DNA of 34,015 nt, taken from assembly GCA_016180645.1 (NCBI GenBank), contig JACPAV010000036.1, positions 1-34,015 of the forward strand, written 5' to 3'. Below are positions 8,501 to 15,000 of this stretch, piece by piece. The translations under genes were made by a program, and so were the position numbers. Below the pieces are notes generated by a model that was given only the letters and a program-made list of their open reading frames with translations, did not search any database and was not told where the DNA came from. The first letter of the stretch is position 1; every line of letters starts with the position of its first letter. Source of the DNA: Nitrospirota bacterium (GTDB lineage: Bacteria > JACPQY01).

Positions 8501-10151
8501 TCAGGCGGGAGATGGAACAAGCCCCCCACCGCCAAGCAATGAAAAGAAACTGACACCGGTGGTCGTGAGCGCTCTCTCGAACTCCGTGACCATTGGCGTG
8601 GGAGGCTATCACACCTGCGCACTCTTGGCGGACGGGACGGTCAAGTGCTGGGGACGCAATAACTACGGGCAGATCGGGGACGGAACGACCACCAACAGGT
8701 TGGCTCCTGTCGCCGTGTCCGCGTTGAGTGCGGCTGTCTCGGTGGTGGGCGCGGGTGCGCACACTTGCGCCCTCTTTTCGAACGGGACGGTTCAATGTTG
8801 GGGATACAATCTTGAAGGTGAACTTGGGGATGGGACGACCGCCAACAAGTGGACGCCTGTCCCGGTGGCGTCTCTTTCTAACGCCATCGGGACGGCAGGA
8901 GGGACCGCTCACACCTGCGCGCTCATAGCGGACGGGACGGCAAGATGCTGGGGGTGGAATCCTTCCGGTCAGCTTGGGGATGGGACGACGGTGGACAAAT
9001 CGACGCCCGTGGCCGTCACGAATCTCGGCGGCCCGCTCGGCGTGAAACTCCCCCGTCTCCACGAGTCCACCGCCTCCGGCGCGCCGTCTCGCCCCTTCCG
9101 CGAAGGGCTTACGAACCACCTCGGCTATCACACCTGTTCCCTTCTCTCCGACGGCACAGTCAAATGCTGGGGACGCAATGGCTATGGCCAGCTTGGGGAC
9201 GGGACGCTGGTGCAAAAGACGACCCCGGTTGCCGTTTCCACGCTCTCCGGCGCCGTCGCCGTCACGGGAGGTCTCTATCACACCTGCGCTCTGGCCTCCA
9301 ATGGAACGGTCAAGTGCTGGGGACGCAACCTTTACGGCCAACTGGGCGACGGGACGACCACGGATTCGCCCACTCCTGTGGCCGTGATCTCCTTGTCGAA
9401 CGGCGTCGCCGTCACGGGAGGTTACTATCACACCTGCGCACTGGCCTCCAATGGAACGGTCAAATGCTGGGGATACAACTATAGCGGCCAACTGGGCGAC
9501 GGGACGTTCGCGCAGAGGACGACCCCGGTTACCGTTTCCACGCTCTCCGGCGCCGTCGCCGTCACGGGAGGCTTCGATCACACCTGCGCGCTGGCCTCCG
9601 ATGGAACGGTCAAATGCTGGGGATCCAACGATTCCGGCCAACTGGGCGACGGGACGACCACGGATAAGACGACCCCGGTTGTCGTCTCCACGCTCTCCGG
9701 CGCCGTCGCCGTCACGGGAGGTCTCGATAACACCTGCACGCTGGCCTCCGATGGAACGGTCAAATGCTGGGGATGGAACGCTAACGGCCAACTGGGCGAC
9801 GGGACGACCACGGATAAGACGACCCCGGTTGCCGTTTCCACGCTCTCCGGCGCCGTCGCCGTCTCGGGAGGTGACGAGCACACCTGCGCGCTGGCCTCCA
9901 ATGGAACCGTGAAATGCTGGGGATGGAACGCTAACGGCCGGCTGGGCGACGGGACGACCACGCAGAGGACGACCCCGGTTGCCGTTTCCACGCTCTCCGG
10001 CGCCGTCGCCGTCTCGGGAGGGAACGAGCACACCTGCGCGCTGGCCTCCGATGGAACGGTCAAATGCTGGGGACGCAACACTTACGGCCAACTCGGCGAC
10101 GGGACGACGATCACCCGCCTCACCCCCGTCGCCGTGACGAACCTGCCGTGA
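5556..10151 (+). CDS. Giant surface lipoprotein B (1531 aa): shared N-terminal domain, 4 Ig-like repeats, FN3 domain, 14 RCC1/BLIP-II repeats (two 7-bladed propellers)
   Basis: LIGC lipobox; LPLTPEQAAALEGIRAG; LPDGDEDGVSTLVE; Ig repeats; FN3 (IDLAWTAATD...QYFFMARAKD); 14x HTCAL.SDGTVKCWG.N..GQLGDGT. Confidence 0.92.
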   Translation: MLVRRTRDVLLAFVVALSSSVLIGCSACDGKKGDRSVELEIGLPLTPEQAAALEGIRAGVRGISRVDDLSRVDELSRVDELSRVDEISRVDEISRVDEALRGAAANLLIDDQAVAEGRRGEIVSGVRTGVRLGRRAAPGRKVVNGEAREGRAPLRPPDRQGHDGAWLFRGHDLAISRKQAPEAPSFSFHILVSISEKFLHAGERRLRLQVFPPEEPELILIDVQMPLSVEEEKGRPVIPEQEIPAELIQLPDGDEDGVSTLVETITAGPDFARDPGKKPSVELTRGMLVLLGKNLGQTLQAEQGITVEVSIDPQAITLDPPETAGAYVPPEPGTPAAQLPPGVTIVGIPTTFTFSCSGTAGTAACKYACSIDGGPYFGCASPFTWKFDTPGEHRIQVKSADNLGNTDTSPVELIVNVLTPEVAADPEAVKQYDLPPNTIIFQEPPAVSSELSATFTFTSSEVNTTFECSLDGAPWAECSSPLVLSLSKDGSHTFRVRAIDSAGQADPTPATYTWTIDTTALETTITSGPTATTGFTSATFEFSSTSPGATFECSLDGTGFAPCTSPHLITGPLSSGTHTFRVRAKAVSGIVDPTPATYTWTVNTTLLDTTLAGAGLPALLTTQTTATFEFTASNPAATFECELDGGGFSACSSPKAYSGLTSGSHTFKVRAKDTSGNLDSTPASYTWTVDVTPPTFAGLATATAVSTTQIDLAWTAATDNVSASNKIIYEICQSTTSGTCATTFTATYTTTAGAISYSAQSLVLSTQYFFMARAKDELGNRDTNTTENSAATLGGPLPPGGNVQAVATHLGDHTCSLISDGTVKCWGNNLYGQLGDGTTTNRPTPAGVPSLPNAIAIAGGNTHTCALIVGGTVRCWGENSYGKLGDGTTTNKWTPVPVASLSNAVGIAGGGIHACALLADGTVKCWGSNNYGNLGDGTTVDKWTPVPVASLSNAIGMAGGYYHTCALLADGTVKCWGSNQYGQAGDGTSPPPPSNEKKLTPVVVSALSNSVTIGVGGYHTCALLADGTVKCWGRNNYGQIGDGTTTNRLAPVAVSALSAAVSVVGAGAHTCALFSNGTVQCWGYNLEGELGDGTTANKWTPVPVASLSNAIGTAGGTAHTCALIADGTARCWGWNPSGQLGDGTTVDKSTPVAVTNLGGPLGVKLPRLHESTASGAPSRPFREGLTNHLGYHTCSLLSDGTVKCWGRNGYGQLGDGTLVQKTTPVAVSTLSGAVAVTGGLYHTCALASNGTVKCWGRNLYGQLGDGTTTDSPTPVAVISLSNGVAVTGGYYHTCALASNGTVKCWGYNYSGQLGDGTFAQRTTPVTVSTLSGAVAVTGGFDHTCALASDGTVKCWGSNDSGQLGDGTTTDKTTPVVVSTLSGAVAVTGGLDNTCTLASDGTVKCWGWNANGQLGDGTTTDKTTPVAVSTLSGAVAVSGGDEHTCALASNGTVKCWGWNANGRLGDGTTTQRTTPVAVSTLSGAVAVSGGNEHTCALASDGTVKCWGRNTYGQLGDGTTITRLTPVAVTNLP
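5745..5852 (+). repeat. Hexapeptide tandem repeat SRVD(D/E)(L/I/A) x6 (18-bp unit)
   Basis: Six units with mixed synonymous codons (Ser agc/tcg/tcc; Arg cgg/cgt). Confidence 0.9.
7389..7411 (+). repeat. GTAG-type REP-like hairpin in frame (AGAGLPAL); inverted twin at 15498-15520
   Basis: G(C/T)AGGGGCGGGC-TT-GCCCGCCCT; 24 nt identical in inverted orientation at 7391-7414 and 15495-15518. Confidence 0.7.
7981..9030 (+). repeat. Seven ~150-bp RCC1 coding repeats (propeller 1)
   Basis: Seven HTC/HAC...CWG.N..G units; blade 4 has a SPPPPSNEK insertion. Confidence 0.85.
9121..10148 (+). repeat. Seven near-identical 150-bp RCC1 coding repeats (propeller 2)
   Basis: Exact 150-nt period: units start at 9121, 9271, 9421, 9571, 9721, 9871 and 10021. 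Confidence 0.95.
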
Positions 10152-10259
10152 TACCGAACAGTATTTTGAAATAGGGAAATACTTCCTGACCGCCTCGCAA
10201 GTAGTGCTGGCCACCAGAGTCATTAGGGATAGTGGGAAGGTAGATGTAAAAGTAGTATC

Positions 10260-10399
10260 GGACGCATGGGAATGCGTCCCTACCACAATTCGGCATCCGT
10301 AGGGAGCGATTCCCATCGCTCCGATTGTGCGGAGACATAGGAATGTCTCCCTACGAGAAAACTACGAAGAAAATCGCCCGATGTAAAATCGGGCGCTAC
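10260..10399. repeat. Cluster of four GTAG-type REP hairpins between convergent genes
   Basis: GGACGCAT-GGGA-ATGCGTCCCTAC (10260-10283); GTAGGGAGCGAT-TCCC-ATCGCTCC (10299-10322); GGAGACAT-AGGA-ATGTCTCCCTAC (10331-10354); CGCCCGAT-GTAAA-ATCGGGCGCTAC (10375-10399). Confidence 0.85.
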
Positions 10400-10420
10400 G
10401 AAGAGAGGGTAAAAGATGTC

Positions 10421-11917
10421 TCACTTGAGCGTCACAAATAGAAGCACAGCCGCAGTGAGCCCATTCTGCATTAGGAGAATGGGTTTTTCCCGGTAGACCT
10501 TGGCATTGACTGCGATGAACTGAAGCGCGCCAATCGGCAGAAACGTCCAGCCCAGCCCGTTCCGACCGATTATCCAGAAAGCCGCGGCATGCGCAATCGC
10601 CACGGCGATGGCGGCAACACGCTGGGCCCTTCGAAGTCCCAAAACGGTCGGAAGATTACGGATGCCTGCTGCCTTATCCCCCTCTACGTCTTTCAGGTCG
10701 ATCAGGTAAGCACCGAGCGTGAACCACGCGAAGATCGCGCCGACGTAGCCCACCGGCGCGGAAAAGTTTCCGCTGTAGAGGGAGTAACCGACCAGGAAAG
10801 CGCTTACGCTGCTGATGCCGATGACGACCTTGGAGAGCACGCAACGTTCTTTGAGCCGTAGGGGAGGCGCCGAATAGACGAAGTAGGCCAGACCGAAAAG
10901 CAAAGTCAACATCACGACCAAGACACCGGCCGACAGCGCCAAGGCCAGCGCCGCCAGGAGCACCCACCGCGAGACCCGGACGTATCGAACCGGGTCAACG
11001 GAGCCTTTCACAAGCGGTCGATGGGGTTCGTTGACGCGATCGATCTCAATGTCGTACACGTTGTTGACCATGACCGAGTAAATCCAGATCAGCCATATGG
11101 CGCAGAACGCAAGGACGGCCCGCAGCCCTAGCTCGATCCCTTGCGCCGGCAGGGCGGCGGGCGATGCTGCCGTGCCTAGAAAAAACAAGAGCTCGTAATG
11201 GACGATTCTCAGGAAGCGCGTGTCTTTGAGTATCTCCCGCACAAATGCGGGGGCCTCGATCGTACAGACGGCCAGCGTCTCAATGCCGACCATCAGCGCG
11301 AAAATCAGGGGCATCTCCTTGAACCCCGTCGCCTCCCTGCCGGCCGGGCCGGCCAGCCAGTCCAAATAAACGGGAATCGAGACGAAGAAGAACATGAGCG
11401 TATAAGAGGCAACCATCCCTGCGATAGCTCTTGGCCACGATCGCGTCGTCGCTTGAACGTACAGGAACGTGAGCAGGCATATCAGCCCGATCTCGACGCG
11501 CATTCCCAGACTGATGCCCTTGGCCGCGAGCGGCCCGAAGAAGGTCAGATAAGCGTGCAGGAGGGCCTGAATGTCCTTGACGCGCAGGTAGTCGTAATGG
11601 GGGGTGTGGCTTGCGAAGAGGGTCGAGTCGAGAATAGGAGGCAGGAGCGTTACGATCAGACCCGCAAAGATGAGTCTCAAAAGCTTGACGACCTGCTGGC
11701 CGGTCAAAGCATGAACGATCAGGCCGAGCGCCATGGCAAGAGCGAGATAGAACAGCACATAATGAGCCAACTGGATGGCGCTCAGCGTATATCCCTCGCG
11801 ATAAACCTCCAGAAAGGTGCGGAGAAGGACGAAGAACAGGAACCCCGCAAAGGAGTAGGCCAACGGGAGCGACGACTCTGAAAATCTGGCCGTAAAGCGG
11901 CTAAGCCACTCGTTCAT
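10421..11917 (-). CDS. UbiA-superfamily prenyltransferase with an extra N-terminal multi-TM region
   Basis: Asp-rich motifs NNVYDIEIDRVNEPHRPL and DLKDVEGD, YSAPPLRLK, many hydrophobic helices; ATG at 11917 (MNEWLS) preferred over the TTG start at 11980. Confidence 0.85.
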   Translation of the reverse strand: MNEWLSRFTARFSESSLPLAYSFAGFLFFVLLRTFLEVYREGYTLSAIQLAHYVLFYLALAMALGLIVHALTGQQVVKLLRLIFAGLIVTLLPPILDSTLFASHTPHYDYLRVKDIQALLHAYLTFFGPLAAKGISLGMRVEIGLICLLTFLYVQATTRSWPRAIAGMVASYTLMFFFVSIPVYLDWLAGPAGREATGFKEMPLIFALMVGIETLAVCTIEAPAFVREILKDTRFLRIVHYELLFFLGTAASPAALPAQGIELGLRAVLAFCAIWLIWIYSVMVNNVYDIEIDRVNEPHRPLVKGSVDPVRYVRVSRWVLLAALALALSAGVLVVMLTLLFGLAYFVYSAPPLRLKERCVLSKVVIGISSVSAFLVGYSLYSGNFSAPVGYVGAIFAWFTLGAYLIDLKDVEGDKAAGIRNLPTVLGLRRAQRVAAIAVAIAHAAAFWIIGRNGLGWTFLPIGALQFIAVNAKVYREKPILLMQNGLTAAVLLFVTLK

Positions 11918-12004
11918 ATGCCTGATGCCCTTGCGTGCTGCTCTGAGCGTACAGGCCCGCGGGGATCCTTCACGTGTCAACGCGTGGAGGACCCTGGGGG
12001 GGTC

Positions 12005-15000
12005 TCACTGCCCGCCGGTGGTGGTCTTGAGGACGGTGCCGCTCTCGCCGACGGCGTAGCCGGTGCTTCCGTTTCCGGGAAATTGAACGCCACGAAGAAG
12101 TACGGTTGTCCCGGACGTCTGGCTTATCCAGTTCCCCCCGCCGTCCGTCGTCTTAAGAATCGTCCCACTAGCTCCCACAACGTAGCCGGTGTTCGCATTG
12201 ATGAAATAGACGCCGTAAATCGCAGACGTCGTACCGGACGTTTGCGACGACCACGCGGTGCCGCCATCGGATGTCTTCAGGATCGTGCCGCTGTCCCCGA
12301 CCACGTATCCCGTGGTCGCATCCACCGGGAAATGTATCGCCCGGAGCAGATTTGTCGTGCCCGAGGTCTGGGTCTGCCACACATTGCCGCTGTTCGTGGT
12401 CCGGATGATGGTCCCGCTTACCCCCACGGCAAAAGCCGATGTTGACGTCGCAAACTGGATGGCGTTGAGTTGATTACTGGTTCCCGAGCTTTTGCTGACC
12501 CAGCTTGCCCCGCCGTTTGTCGTCTTATAGAGCGCGCCGCTCGAACCCACGAACCAGCCGGCGGTCGTATCAAGGAAATGAACACCATAGAGGGTGTTGC
12601 TGATCGCCGGGGACTGGTCGGTCCAGCCCGTTCCTCCATCGGTCGTCTTGAGAACCTTGCCGGAAGCGCCCACGGCCCAACCTGTTGTGGTGTCAACGGG
12701 AAAGTGCATATCGTAAAGATCGGTCGTAATACCTGACGATTGCGCAGCCCATGTACCACCGCTATCCGTAGTCTTGATGATTGTCCCAGAGGCGCCCACG
12801 GCATATCCGGTTGCGCTCACGGGGAAGTGAACTGCATAGAGAATCTTTCCGGTTCCGGCTGTCTGATCCGCCCAGCTTGTGCCGCCGTTGGTGGTTTTCA
12901 GCGCCGTCCCGTCTACACCCACAATGTATCCCGTTGTCGCGTCTACAGGAAAATTCGCACTCCACAAATCGGATGTTGTGCCGGACGTCTGGGCAGCCCA
13001 AGTGGCCCCGCTGTCCGTCGTCTTGTAGATCTTTCCACCGGTCCCTGCGATGTACCCGGTTGTTGTGCCTCCCACGAATCGAACGGTATAGAAATCGGTC
13101 GTTGTGTTCGGCGAATCCTGAGCGGACCAATTCGTCCCGCCGTCCGTCGTTTTGAGGACCTTCGAGGGATTTGTGCATGCCCAGCCGCAGGAGGTAGACA
13201 AAGTCACCGCGTACCCCGTGGTTGCGTCCACGGGGAAGTGGACGGAGTAAATTGGCATTGTGGTCCCGGAGGTTTGGGCCGTCCAGGTGGCGCCGCTGTT
13301 CGTGGTCTTGAGAATCGTGCCGCTGCCACCAATGGCGTACCCCGTGGTTGCGTCCACGGGGAAATGCACGCCTTCCAGGAAGTTCGTTGTCCCGGAGGTT
13401 TGGGCCGTCCAGGTGGCGCCGCTGTTCGTGGTCTTGAGAATCGTGCCGCTGCTTCCGACCGCGTAGCCCGTCGTCGCGTCCACGGGGAAATGGACGCCGT
13501 ACAGGTTGTTTGTTACCCCGGAGGTTTGGGCCGTCCAGATGGCGCCGCTGTCCGTTGTCTTGAGAATCGTGCCGGTGTTGCCGACCGCGTAGCCCGTCGT
13601 CGCGTCCACGGGGAAATGGACAGCGTAGAGACGATTGATGGTACCGGATGCTCCGCAGGTAACCGCCCAGGTTGCGCCCCCATCCGTCGTCTTGAGGATC
13701 ATTCCCCGGTCGCCGACGCTGTAGCCGGTCAGGTTGTTCACAAAATGCGTGCCGTATAGCGTCATTCCCGTAGGCTTCCGTTGCACTTCGGCCCAGGAGC
13801 CGGCCGGGCACGTGGGAGGGGCAACGGGGGCCGCGCTGACCTGCACCGTGTTGGTTTCCACATTCCCGGCTTCGTCGACTGCCCGAACGACAAAGTAGTA
13901 GGTCGTGCCCGTTGTGAGGCTGTCCACCCCGTAACTCACGGCACCGGCCGCCGTGGTGTAGGTGGTCGTAAAGGTCGTCTGGCACGTGCCGGTGGTGGTG
14001 GATTGGCAGATTCGATAAATTATGGCTGCGCTTGCGCTCACGGCGTCGGTGGCGGCCGTCCAGGTGAGGTTGATCCGAGTGGCGGAGGCGGAGGCCGCGG
14101 ACGACGCGCCGGAGAATGTGGGAGGCGTTGTGTCTACAACTACGGTCACGCCGTTGGAGGCGGTCCATGCGGCGATCTGGCCAAGCGTATCGACGGCGCG
14201 GACGCAGTTGTAGTACGTTGTGCTGGCCACCAAGCTAAGACTCGTGGTTGTCTTCGATGTGACCAGTGCTACGTCTGTAGTGGCGACGATATTCCCCGCG
14301 CAAGCGGTTGTCGTGCTCAAATTGTAATCATACCGCTGGAGCCCGCTTCCCGCGTCGCTGAATCCGCTCCAATTGACGTTCATGGTGGTGGTGGAAGACT
14401 GCGAGGAGACATCGGCTCCCGTACCATCATTAACGGTTCCGGTAGCCGGGGCCGCGGTGTCGCAGGTTCTCGTGACCGCTACGCCTCCGCCGGTATTGCC
14501 CGCGGCATCGGTGGCGGCCATGTTGAGCGTCAAGGTTTCGCCGTTCGCGCACGCGATCGCCGTTTTGGAGCATGTACCCGAGGAAAACGCGGCCGCCGCC
14601 CACTCCGTGTCGCACGCGCCGTCCGTTGATTTGCAGTATTGGCAACTCGTGATGCTCGATCCCGAATCTGAAAAAGCCGCCGAGAGATCGAAAGAGCCGT
14701 CCACGTGGGTGGCGGTGGCCGTGTTGGCCGGGGTGACGGTTCCCGCCACCGGCGCGCCGATATCGATCGTCCACGCGGTCGAGGCGGGGGAGGCGTCCGT
14801 GTTGCCCGCGGCGTCCTTCGACCTCACCTGGAAAGTGCGGGAGCCCGCCATGAGACCGGAGTACACCTTGGGAGACGCGCACGCCGAATAGCCGCCCGAG
14901 TCGATTTCGCATTCGAACGTTGCGCCGGAATCCGGGGCGCTGAAACTGAACGACGCGGATGTGGTGTTCGTGGGGTTGGGCGGCTGGGCGGTGATCGACG

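Noticed and set aside
9121-10148. CRISPR-like repeat/spacer appearance
   Set aside because: The 150-bp period is in frame and encodes RCC1 blades; no unique spacers and no cas genes.
10152-10258. AT-richer open stretch after lipoprotein B (EQYFEIGKYFLTASQVVLATRVIRD...)
   Set aside because: May be a gene scrap, but it has no convincing start and no recognisable motif.
8406-10316. 636-aa minus-strand ORF
   Set aside because: Antisense shadow of the GC-rich RCC1 repeats; no independent motifs.
7621-14135. FN3 necks of B and C as active inversion repeats
   Set aside because: Protein similarity is clear but third codon positions are largely diverged, with no long identical DNA tract.
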